A stretch of DNA of 64,000 nt from Escherichia coli (GTDB lineage Bacteria > Pseudomonadota > Gammaproteobacteria > Enterobacterales > Enterobacteriaceae). This document shows positions 11,409 to 21,055 of this stretch, one piece after another. The notes beneath the pieces were generated by a model. The model did no database searches and was not told the DNA's origin. It saw only the letters and a list, made by a program, of their open reading frames with translations. Location: assembly GCF_044647545.1 (NCBI RefSeq), contig NZ_CP172818.1; one strand, 5' to 3'. The translations under genes and the position numbers were made by a program. Each line of letters starts with the position of its first letter. The stretch's first letter is position 1.

Positions 11409-12197
11409 TTAGCACAGCGTGGCGATAATCACGCTGTCGGCATTAAAGTAGGCCGTGACATTCTGTCCTTGCTGAAGAGAAGTCGCTTCATTTACCGGCA
11501 CTGTGGCGCACAGTGTTTGCCCGTCGGGTAGCGCCATTAATACTTCGCACTGCTCTGCGCCGCGCTCAATATGACTAATAATACCCGGTAATTGGTTGTC
11601 AGCGTTTTGCGCGACCGCCTCGTCCTGAGTAATGCCTACCCACGGCGCTTTTAGCAATATCAACACTTCTTTGCCTTCATCCAGCCCCAGACGTGCGCCG
11701 CTTTGTGCGGTAATTGCGACTTTCAGGCGTGTTTTTCCATCAGCCAGTAAGACATCAACATGCTGTTGAACGTCATCATGATCGCGGGCGGTGATGGTAC
11801 CGAACCACTGGTTACGGGCGCTGGTTTGCAGTGAAAAACGTGAGATCGCGGCCAGCAGGCTGTTCAGCGGCAGGGCGTCATCGTCACTTAACACATCAAA
11901 GGCTTTTTGCTGGATTTGCGCCAGTAAGTCATAGAGCTGAATCAGTCGCTGACCATAGCGGGTCAGTACTGCGCCGCCGCCACCTTTACCGCCTGTTGCG
12001 CGCTCAACCAGAATATGCTCACTTAACTGATTCATCTCGTTAATGGCATCCCAGGCGCTTTTATAGCTGATACCGGCATCTTTCGCTCCCTGGCTAATGG
12101 AACCGGAAAGCGCAATGTGTTTTAGTAGCGAAATGCGGCGCGGGTCGGCGAATAATTTTTGTTGGAGCTTAAGGGTGAGAAGGATTTCGGCCTGCAT
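11409..12197 (-). CDS. modE: molybdate-responsive transcriptional regulator ModE
   Basis: 262-aa ORF with N-terminal HTH and C-terminal tandem Mop (molbindin) domains; position between modF and divergent modABC. Confidence 0.95.
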   Translation of the reverse strand: MQAEILLTLKLQQKLFADPRRISLLKHIALSGSISQGAKDAGISYKSAWDAINEMNQLSEHILVERATGGKGGGGAVLTRYGQRLIQLYDLLAQIQQKAFDVLSDDDALPLNSLLAAISRFSLQTSARNQWFGTITARDHDDVQQHVDVLLADGKTRLKVAITAQSGARLGLDEGKEVLILLKAPWVGITQDEAVAQNADNQLPGIISHIERGAEQCEVLMALPDGQTLCATVPVNEATSLQQGQNVTAYFNADSVIIATLC

Positions 12198-12307
12198 AAC
12201 AATGTCCTGGCAAAAGTCTTATTGTGACGGAAAACGAACGCCACGCAAAGCTGACCGCACAAAAGGGGAGTGCTTTTCTGTGCTTAGCGGTTAGAATAGT
12301 CTCATGA

Positions 12308-12475
<168 letters not shown>

Positions 12476-12483
12476 TTCCCTGA

Positions 12484-12512
12484 ATGCCCGCTTAGTCGGG
12501 CATTTTCTTTTT
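12484..12512 (+). terminator. acrZ intrinsic terminator
   Basis: atgcccg-N6-cgggcat hairpin followed by TTTTCTTTTT. Confidence 0.75.
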
Positions 12513-12598
12513 CTCAACTTCCTGCTTTTCCTGCCGATATTTTTTCTCATCTACCTCACAAAGGTTAGCAATAACTGCTGGGAAAATTCCGAACTTGC

Positions 12599-12628
12599 CG
12601 TTATATTGACGCCTACATAACGTTACAT
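12599..12628 (+). promoter_or_regulatory. ModE operator at modA promoter
   Basis: cgttatattgacgcctacataacgttacat with CGTTATAT/ATAACG half-sites, ending 14 nt before modA ATG. Confidence 0.7.
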
Positions 12629-12641
12629 TAAGGGGTTACCA

Positions 12642-13415
12642 ATGGCTCGTAAATGGTTGAACTTGTTTACCGGGGCGGCACTCTCTTTCGCTGTTGCTGG
12701 CAATGCACTGGCAGATGAAGGGAAAATCACGGTGTTCGCCGCCGCATCACTGACTAACGCAATGCAGGACATTGCTACGCAGTATAAAAAAGAGAAAGGC
12801 GTGGATGTGGTTTCTTCTTTCGCTTCGTCATCTACTTTGGCCCGTCAGATTGAAGCGGGTGCGCCTGCGGATCTGTTTATTTCTGCCGATCAGAAATGGA
12901 TGGATTATGCGGTTGATAAAAAAGCGATCGATACGGCTTCGCGCCAGACACTGCTCGGCAATAGCCTGGTCGTTGTAGCACCGAAAGCCAGCGAGCAGAA
13001 AGATTTCACCATCGACAGCAAAACTAACTGGACTTCGCTGCTGAATGGCGGTCGCCTCGCGGTTGGCGATCCGGAACATGTCCCTGCTGGCATTTATGCA
13101 AAAGAAGCACTGCAAAAACTGGGCGCATGGGATACGCTCTCCCCGAAACTGGCTCCGGCGGAAGATGTTCGTGGCGCGCTGGCGTTGGTCGAACGCAATG
13201 AAGCGCCGCTGGGTATTGTTTACGGTTCTGACGCAGTTGCCAGCAAAGGGGTAAAAGTGGTTGCCACCTTCCCGGAAGATTCACATAAAAAAGTGGAATA
13301 TCCGGTTGCTGTTGTGGAAGGGCATAATAATGCGACAGTGAAAGCATTTTATGATTATCTGAAGGGGCCGCAGGCTGCGGAAATCTTTAAACGTTACGGA
13401 TTTACAACCAAGTAA
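12642..13415 (+). CDS. modA: molybdate ABC transporter periplasmic binding protein
   Basis: 257-aa ORF with signal peptide (…FAVAGNALA) ; ModE operator upstream; first gene of modABC. Confidence 0.96.
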   Translation: MARKWLNLFTGAALSFAVAGNALADEGKITVFAAASLTNAMQDIATQYKKEKGVDVVSSFASSSTLARQIEAGAPADLFISADQKWMDYAVDKKAIDTASRQTLLGNSLVVVAPKASEQKDFTIDSKTNWTSLLNGGRLAVGDPEHVPAGIYAKEALQKLGAWDTLSPKLAPAEDVRGALALVERNEAPLGIVYGSDAVASKGVKVVATFPEDSHKKVEYPVAVVEGHNNATVKAFYDYLKGPQAAEIFKRYGFTTK

Positions 13416-14104
13416 TGATACTGACCGATCCAGAATGGCAGGCAGTTTTATTAAGCCTGAAAGTTTCTTCCCTGGCTGTGCTGTTTAGCCTGCCGTTTGG
13501 GATCTTTTTTGCCTGGTTACTGGTACGTTGCACGTTTCCGGGCAAAGCTCTGCTCGACAGCGTACTGCATCTACCGCTGGTGTTACCGCCCGTGGTCGTC
13601 GGTTACTTATTATTAGTTTCGATGGGACGGCGCGGATTTATCGGTGAACGTCTGTATGACTGGTTTGGTCTTTCTTTCGCGTTTAGCTGGCGTGGTGCGG
13701 TTCTCGCTGCCGCTGTCATGTCTTTTCCGCTGATGGTGCGGGCGATTCGTCTGGCGCTGGAAGGTGTTGATATCAAACTGGAGCAGGCCGCAAGAACGTT
13801 GGGTGCCGGGCGCTGGCGTGTCTTCTTCACTATTACCTTACCGCTGACGTTGCCGGGAATTATTGTTGGTACGGTACTGGCATTCGCTCGTTCGCTCGGT
13901 GAATTTGGCGCAACCATCACCTTTGTGTCGAACATTCCTGGTGAAACGCGAACCATTCCTTCTGCTATGTATACCCTGATCCAGACCCCAGGCGGGGAAA
14001 GTGGCGCGGCGAGACTGTGTATTATTTCTATTGCGCTGGCGATGATCTCCCTGTTGATTTCAGAATGGCTGGCCAGAATCAGCCGTGAACGGGCGGGGCG
14101 CTAA
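13415..14104 (+). CDS. modB: molybdate ABC transporter permease
   Basis: 229-aa membrane ORF with ABC permease EAA-type loop; start overlaps modA stop. Confidence 0.96.
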   Translation: MILTDPEWQAVLLSLKVSSLAVLFSLPFGIFFAWLLVRCTFPGKALLDSVLHLPLVLPPVVVGYLLLVSMGRRGFIGERLYDWFGLSFAFSWRGAVLAAAVMSFPLMVRAIRLALEGVDIKLEQAARTLGAGRWRVFFTITLPLTLPGIIVGTVLAFARSLGEFGATITFVSNIPGETRTIPSAMYTLIQTPGGESGAARLCIISIALAMISLLISEWLARISRERAGR

Positions 14105-14106
14105 TC

Positions 14107-15165
14107 ATGCTGGAACTGAATTTTTCCCAGACGTTGGGCAACCATTGCCTGACCATTAATGAAACGCTGCCCGCCAATGGCATCACCGCTATTTTTGGTG
14201 TCTCTGGTGCTGGAAAAACCTCGCTGATTAACGCCATCAGTGGGCTGACGCGCCCGCAAAAAGGGCGGATTGTCCTCAATGGTCGGGTACTAAATGATGC
14301 CGAAAAAGGTATCTGCCTGACGCCAGAAAAGCGTCGCGTTGGCTATGTGTTTCAGGATGCACGGCTGTTTCCGCATTATAAAGTGCGTGGCAATTTGCGC
14401 TACGGCATGGCAAAAAGCATGGTCAATCAGTTCGATAAGCTGGTGGCGCTTTTAGGCATTGAACCGTTGCTTGATCGTTTACCAGGCGGCCTGTCCGGAG
14501 GCGAAAAACAGCGCGTGGCGATTGGTCGGGCTTTGCTGACAGCACCGGAATTGCTGTTGCTGGATGAACCGCTGGCGTCACTGGATATTCCGCGTAAACG
14601 CGAACTGTTGCCTTATCTGCAACGTCTGACGCGGGAAATCAACATTCCGATGTTGTATGTCAGCCATTCGCTGGATGAGATCCTCCATCTGGCAGACAGA
14701 GTGATGGTACTGGAAAACGGTCAGGTGAAAGCCTTTGGCGCGCTGGAAGAAGTGTGGGGCAGTAGCGTGATGAATCCGTGGCTGCCGAAAGAGCAACAAA
14801 GTAGCATTCTGAAAGTGACGGTGCTTGAGCATCATCCGCATTACGCGATGACCGCGCTGGCGCTGGGCGATCAGCATTTGTGGGTCAATAAGCTGGACGA
14901 ACCGCTGCAAGCTGCGCTACGTATCCGCATTCAGGCTTCCGATGTTTCTCTGGTTTTACAACCGCCGCAGCAAACCAGCATTCGTAACGTATTGCGGGCA
15001 AAAGTTGTTAATAGTTATGACGACAACGGCCAGGTGGAAGTGGAGCTGGAAGTCGGCGGTAAAACGCTGTGGGCGCGTATCAGCCCGTGGGCCAGGGATG
15101 AACTGGCGATCAAACCAGGCCTGTGGCTGTACGCGCAAATTAAAAGTGTGTCGATAACCGCCTGA
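14107..15165 (+). CDS. modC: molybdate ABC transporter ATPase
   Basis: 352-aa ORF with Walker [10 protein letters not shown], signature [15 protein letters not shown] and C-terminal Mop domain. Confidence 0.96.
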   Translation: MLELNFSQTLGNHCLTINETLPANGITAIFGVSGAGKTSLINAISGLTRPQKGRIVLNGRVLNDAEKGICLTPEKRRVGYVFQDARLFPHYKVRGNLRYGMAKSMVNQFDKLVALLGIEPLLDRLPGGLSGGEKQRVAIGRALLTAPELLLLDEPLASLDIPRKRELLPYLQRLTREINIPMLYVSHSLDEILHLADRVMVLENGQVKAFGALEEVWGSSVMNPWLPKEQQSSILKVTVLEHHPHYAMTALALGDQHLWVNKLDEPLQAALRIRIQASDVSLVLQPPQQTSIRNVLRAKVVNSYDDNGQVEVELEVGGKTLWARISPWARDELAIKPGLWLYAQIKSVSITA

Positions 15166-15984
15166 TTAAATCAGGTGGCTATAAATGAACTGGGCAATGC
15201 TGTCGGTGGTGTTATCACCAATCACAATGTTGGCGCGCGCTTTTACCGCGTCATCGGCGTTGCCCATCGCCACGCCTGTACCAGCGGCTTCCAGCATACT
15301 GATATCATTAAAGTTATCGCCGAATGCCACGACGTTTTCCATCGACCAACCTTGTGCCTCAACCCATTTCGTCAAACGTTTACCTTTGCTGTTGCCGCCG
15401 CGTGCAATATCAACCTGATCGTGCCAGGACCATTCACACTCCAGTCCCAGTTCATGTTCGACATGCTTACCAAAATGCTGCAATTGCGGCAGGTCATCGT
15501 GCGTCAGGGCGAACTTCCATACGGCGTTAACTTGTTGCGCCGTTTCAGCCAGAGAAGCGACTTGTGTGAAAGTCGGACGCTGTTCCGGCGGCAGGGTTTG
15601 CGCCCAGTTAGACGTGCGAATGACATGCCCGGTCGGGTGCTCATAGACCATTGCATCATCGACATACATCAGACCGTGAATGTGGTGTTCATTCAGCATC
15701 TCAATGAGTTGCAGGGCTTTATTAACGGGCATTGGGTCCGCTTCCAGCACTGTTTTTGCATGATAATCATACAAATAGGTGCCATTACAGCAAATAGCAG
15801 GTGTATCCAGCGCCAGCGCCTGATAAAAAGGATGAATAGCGACGTGATGGCGACCTGTGACGATGATTAATCGATAGCCTGCTTCGCGAGCACGGGCCAG
15901 GGCTTCTATCGATGATGGAAGCAGGGTCTTTTTCGGGGTCAATAAGGTGCCGTCTAAGTCGAGAGCAATCACGCGTGTGGTCAT
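15166..15984 (-). CDS. ybhA: HAD-family sugar-phosphate/pyridoxal phosphate phosphatase
   Basis: Start chosen at MTTRVIALDLDGTLL (HAD motif I DxDGT); stop abuts the modC stop with no intergenic gap. Confidence 0.9.
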   Translation of the reverse strand: MTTRVIALDLDGTLLTPKKTLLPSSIEALARAREAGYRLIIVTGRHHVAIHPFYQALALDTPAICCNGTYLYDYHAKTVLEADPMPVNKALQLIEMLNEHHIHGLMYVDDAMVYEHPTGHVIRTSNWAQTLPPEQRPTFTQVASLAETAQQVNAVWKFALTHDDLPQLQHFGKHVEHELGLECEWSWHDQVDIARGGNSKGKRLTKWVEAQGWSMENVVAFGDNFNDISMLEAAGTGVAMGNADDAVKARANIVIGDNTTDSIAQFIYSHLI

Positions 15985-16102
15985 GGCGTATTCCAGATTA
16001 AGGTTAAGAATTTTCGTCTGCGCGAATGGTACACCGATACCACTATCGGACAAAATTCTGCGTTTTAATTCAGCATTCACCGCCAAAAGCGACTAATTTT
16101 AG

Positions 16103-17134
<1,032 letters not shown>

Positions 17135-17146
17135 CCGCTGATTTAC

Positions 17147-17170
17147 CCGGCGCAGTCTCTCCTGCGCCGG
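17147..17170. terminator. palindromic hairpin between convergent pgl and ybhD
   Basis: ccggcgcag-N6-ctgcgccgg perfect inverted repeat in the 40-nt gap between the two stop codons. Confidence 0.7.
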
Positions 17171-17174
17171 TGTA

Positions 17175-18128
17175 TTAACCTATCTCCTGTAACGCATGTC
17201 TCTGGCGTTCGACGATATTGGTCCACAAATTGTCTTTATCGTCAGTCCACAAATTAATCAGCAAGGCAAAAAAGCGTTCAGCTGCCGGAGAAAGCACGGC
17301 ATCTTTGCGGCGAATAATCCCCAATGTCCGACGTATAACGGGTTCCACCAGTGGGATACCAATAATCGAAGAATAGGGCGCATGGGGCATTGCCAGACCA
17401 GGAAGCGCCGAAATCCCCAGTCCTGCCTCCACCAGTCCTAATGACGTCGAAAGATGACGCACTTCGTAAAACCAGTCCAGCTTCCAGGGCTTGTCGGCTA
17501 GCTGTTGTTCTATCAACAGTCGGTTGCCGCTGGAGGAGCGTACGCCAATCATTTTGTAACCCACTAACTCCTGCCATTCTACAAGCTGCTTTTTGGCCAA
17601 TGGATGGTCACGCCGACAGGCCAGCACGAACGGCTCGTTGACCAGTGGGGTAAAATCGATGGATGAATTTGTGACGTTGTTCATGTTTATGCCAAAGTCT
17701 GATTCGTTACACAGCACCGATTCCATGCAATTATTCGTGCCTTGTTCCAGAATCCGCACTTTAATATTGGGATACAGCTCATTAAATTTACCGATTGCCA
17801 GCGGTAAAAAATAAAATACTGCGGTCGGAATACACGCTAATGTCACCATACCACGATGATAAGCATTCATATCACGAATATTAAAAAGCGTTTCATCGAA
17901 TTTCTTTATTAATTCCCGCGCCTCCGGGAGCAATCTTTTTCCTGCTTTTGTTAACGTAACCTTGCGAGTTGTACGCTCAAATAGTTGGATATGTAAATCT
18001 TCCTCCATCTTTTTTATTCTTCGCGTTAATGCAGGTTGCGTAATATTGAGTAATTTAGCGGCATTGTTAAATGAACTGGACTCTGCCAGTATGACAAATG
18101 CCTTCATACTTGATAATTCATGCTTCAT
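17175..18128 (-). CDS. ybhD: LysR-type transcriptional regulator
   Basis: Start chosen at MKHELSSMKAFVILAESSSFNNAAKLLNITQPALTRRIKKME (LTTR HTH); divergent from ybhH. Confidence 0.88.
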   Translation of the reverse strand: MKHELSSMKAFVILAESSSFNNAAKLLNITQPALTRRIKKMEEDLHIQLFERTTRKVTLTKAGKRLLPEARELIKKFDETLFNIRDMNAYHRGMVTLACIPTAVFYFLPLAIGKFNELYPNIKVRILEQGTNNCMESVLCNESDFGINMNNVTNSSIDFTPLVNEPFVLACRRDHPLAKKQLVEWQELVGYKMIGVRSSSGNRLLIEQQLADKPWKLDWFYEVRHLSTSLGLVEAGLGISALPGLAMPHAPYSSIIGIPLVEPVIRRTLGIIRRKDAVLSPAAERFFALLINLWTDDKDNLWTNIVERQRHALQEIG

Positions 18129-18205
18129 TATTACTCCGGAAAATGGAAGCGTCGATTTTGGGTGGCTGGCCGTTAAAAATTTTAACTGCATTTAGCCAAC
18201 TTAAA

Positions 18206-18226
18206 TTAATGAAAAAAAGTTATTAA
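18206..18226. promoter_or_regulatory. putative LysR-type (T-N11-A) box in ybhD/ybhH divergent promoter
   Basis: TTAAT-N11-ATTAA dyad (ttaatgaaaaaaagttattaa) in the AT-rich 183-nt divergent intergenic region. Confidence 0.4.
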
Positions 18227-18311
18227 TCGTTGAGCTAAAGTCATTAGAGATGCTTTGCCCTTAATGTAACCATATCGCAATAAGTTATGTTTTTAAATTG
18301 AGGGCATTATT

Positions 18312-19364
18312 ATGAAAAAAATACCCTGCGTGATGATGCGAGGTGGAACCTCGAGGGGCGCGTTCCTGTTAGCGGAACATCTACCCGAAGATCAAACGCA
18401 GCGCGATAAAATATTGATGGCAATTATGGGTTCCGGTAACGATCTGGAAATTGACGGTATTGGCGGCGGTAATCCGCTGACCAGTAAAGTCGCCATTATT
18501 AGCCGCTCCAGCGATCCGCGTGCAGATGTCGATTATCTGTTTGCTCAAGTTATCGTCCATGAGCAACGTGTCGATACCACGCCTAACTGCGGCAATATGC
18601 TGTCTGGCGTTGGGGCATTCGCCATTGAAAATGGTTTGATTGCAGCGACTTCGCCAGTTACCCGCGTACGTATCCGCAACGTCAATACGGGTACGTTCAT
18701 CGAAGCTGATGTGCAAACGCCAAATGGTGTTGTCGAGTACGAGGGTAGCGCCAGAATTGACGGCGTACCGGGTACTGCCGCACCGGTTGCGCTCACTTTC
18801 CTGAATGCCGCCGGAACCAAAACCGGAAAAGTCTTCCCGACGGATAATCAGATTGATTATTTTGACGATGTGCCGGTGACCTGTATCGATATGGCGATGC
18901 CAGTTGTCATTATTCCTGCTGAATATCTGGGAAAAACAGGCTATGAATTACCGGCAGAGCTGGATGCCGACAAAGCATTATTAGCCCGCATTGAATCTAT
19001 CCGTCTACAAGCGGGTAAAGCAATGGGCTTAGGCGATGTCAGTAATATGGTTATCCCTAAACCTGTACTTATTTCTCCAGCGCAGAAAGGCGGGGCAATT
19101 AATGTGCGTTATTTTATGCCGCATTCTTGCCATCGCGCTTTGGCGATAACCGGTGCTATTGCTATTTCCAGTAGTTGTGCATTGGAAGGCACCGTCACCC
19201 GACAAATCGTCCCTTCTGTAGGATACGGCAATATCAATATTGAACACCCCAGTGGTGCGCTCGACGTTCATTTAAGTAATGAAGGTCAGGATGCCACGAC
19301 GTTACGCGCATCTGTTATTCGGACGACCAGAAAAATATTTTCCGGTGAAGTTTATCTTCCCTGA
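18312..19364 (+). CDS. ybhH: PrpF/2-methylaconitate isomerase-family protein
   Basis: 350-aa ORF starting MKKIPCVMMRGGTSRG, the N-terminus typical of PrpF-family isomerases; RBS upstream. Confidence 0.88.
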   Translation: MKKIPCVMMRGGTSRGAFLLAEHLPEDQTQRDKILMAIMGSGNDLEIDGIGGGNPLTSKVAIISRSSDPRADVDYLFAQVIVHEQRVDTTPNCGNMLSGVGAFAIENGLIAATSPVTRVRIRNVNTGTFIEADVQTPNGVVEYEGSARIDGVPGTAAPVALTFLNAAGTKTGKVFPTDNQIDYFDDVPVTCIDMAMPVVIIPAEYLGKTGYELPAELDADKALLARIESIRLQAGKAMGLGDVSNMVIPKPVLISPAQKGGAINVRYFMPHSCHRALAITGAIAISSSCALEGTVTRQIVPSVGYGNINIEHPSGALDVHLSNEGQDATTLRASVIRTTRKIFSGEVYLP

Positions 19365-19439
19365 AAAATTTTGTTGTCGTGATAATGACAATCAATAAAG
19401 GAATTCTGTATGAGTCATACAGAAAGAACAGGATATTAA

Positions 19440-20873
19440 ATGAATAAGAAATCGTTATGGAAGCTAATTCTGATATTAGCAATCCCATGTATTATTGGCT
19501 TTATGCCAGCTCCAGCAGGATTAAGCGAACTGGCGTGGGTGCTTTTTGGTATTTACCTGGCGGCCATTGTGGGGCTGGTTATCAAGCCTTTCCCGGAACC
19601 TGTCGTACTGTTAATTGCCGTCGCCGCATCGATGGTAGTGGTGGGTAACTTATCAGGTGGGGAATTTAAAACCACCGCTGTATTAAGCGGTTACTCTTCC
19701 GGTACCACCTGGCTGGTGTTTTCTGCGTTTACTTTAAGCGCCGCGTTTGTAACCACAGGCTTAGGTAAACGTATTGCCTATCTGCTGATTGGTAAAATTG
19801 GTAGCACTACCCTGGGTCTGGGTTACGTTACGGTATTTCTCGATCTGGTACTGGCTCCGGCAACACCGTCTAACACCGCGCGTGCGGGCGGCATCGTGTT
19901 ACCGATCATCAACAGCGTGGCAGTGGCTTTGGGATCAGAACCGGAAAAAAGTCCGCGTCGTGTTGGACATTACCTGATGATGTCCATTTACATGGTCACC
20001 AAAACCACCAGCTATATGTTCTTTACCGCAATGGCGGGGAACATTCTGGCGCTGAAAATGATCAACGACATTCTGCACCTGCAAATTAGCTGGGGTGGAT
20101 GGGCGCTAGCCGCCGGATTGCCTGGCATCATTATGCTGCTGGTCACCCCGCTGGTGATTTACACCATGTATCCGCCAGAAATTAAGAAGGTGGATAACAA
20201 AACCATCGCCAAAGCGGGCCTTGCCGAACTGGGACCGATGAAAATCCGCGAAAAAATGCTGCTCGGTGTCTTCGTGCTGGCGCTGCTGGGCTGGATTTTC
20301 AGTAAGTCACTGGGGGTTGATGAATCCACCGTGGCAATCGTTGTTATGGCGACTATGCTGCTGCTGGGTATCGTTACCTGGGAAGACGTGGTTAAAAATA
20401 AAGGCGGCTGGAATACCTTAATCTGGTACGGCGGTATTATCGGCTTAAGCTCCTTATTATCGAAAGTTAAATTCTTCGAATGGTTAGCTGAAGTCTTTAA
20501 AAATAACCTGGCATTTGATGGTCACGGTAACGTTGCTTTCTTCGTTATTATTTTCCTCAGCATCATCGTGCGTTATTTCTTCGCTTCCGGTAGTGCCTAT
20601 ATCGTTGCCATGTTACCGGTATTTGCCATGCTGGCGAACGTCTCCGGCGCGCCGTTAATGTTAACCGCGCTGGCACTGTTGTTCTCTAACTCCTATGGCG
20701 GCATGGTTACTCACTATGGCGGCGCGGCAGGTCCGGTCATCTTTGGCGTGGGTTACAACGATATTAAATCCTGGTGGTTGGTCGGTGCGGTACTGACGAT
20801 ATTAACCTTCCTGGTGCATATCACCCTCGGCGTGTGGTGGTGGAATATGCTGATCGGCTGGAACATGCTGTAA
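19440..20873 (+). CDS. ybhI: DASS-family (divalent anion:Na+ symporter-like) transporter
   Basis: 477-aa polytopic membrane ORF directly downstream of ybhH on the same strand. Confidence 0.9.
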   Translation: MNKKSLWKLILILAIPCIIGFMPAPAGLSELAWVLFGIYLAAIVGLVIKPFPEPVVLLIAVAASMVVVGNLSGGEFKTTAVLSGYSSGTTWLVFSAFTLSAAFVTTGLGKRIAYLLIGKIGSTTLGLGYVTVFLDLVLAPATPSNTARAGGIVLPIINSVAVALGSEPEKSPRRVGHYLMMSIYMVTKTTSYMFFTAMAGNILALKMINDILHLQISWGGWALAAGLPGIIMLLVTPLVIYTMYPPEIKKVDNKTIAKAGLAELGPMKIREKMLLGVFVLALLGWIFSKSLGVDESTVAIVVMATMLLLGIVTWEDVVKNKGGWNTLIWYGGIIGLSSLLSKVKFFEWLAEVFKNNLAFDGHGNVAFFVIIFLSIIVRYFFASGSAYIVAMLPVFAMLANVSGAPLMLTALALLFSNSYGGMVTHYGGAAGPVIFGVGYNDIKSWWLVGAVLTILTFLVHITLGVWWWNMLIGWNML

Positions 20874-20874
20874 A

Positions 20875-20998
20875 TATACTCGTCATACTTCAAGTTGCAT
20901 GTGCTGCGTCTGCGTTCGCTCACCCCAGTCACTTACTTATGTAAGCTCCTGGGGATTCACTCGCTTGTCGCCTTCCTGCAACTCGAATTATTTAGAGT
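20875..20998 (-). repeat. ERIC (IRU) element between ybhI and ybhJ
   Basis: Reverse complement reads ...GAGTGAATCCCCAGGAGCTTACATAAGTAAGTGACTGGGGTGAGCGAACGCAGACGCAGCACATGCAACTTGAAGTATGACGAGTATA, matching the ERIC consensus from memory; ends approximate. Confidence 0.7.
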
Positions 20999-21055
20999 AT
21001 ATCCATTTATTATCTTTCTGCGCACTTCACGGTGCGCAGATATCTGGAGCATTTG

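Noticed and set aside
15175-15870. 231-aa plus-strand ORF antisense to ybhA
   Set aside because: Shadow ORF inside ybhA; ybhA has the HAD DxDGT motif and the correct context.
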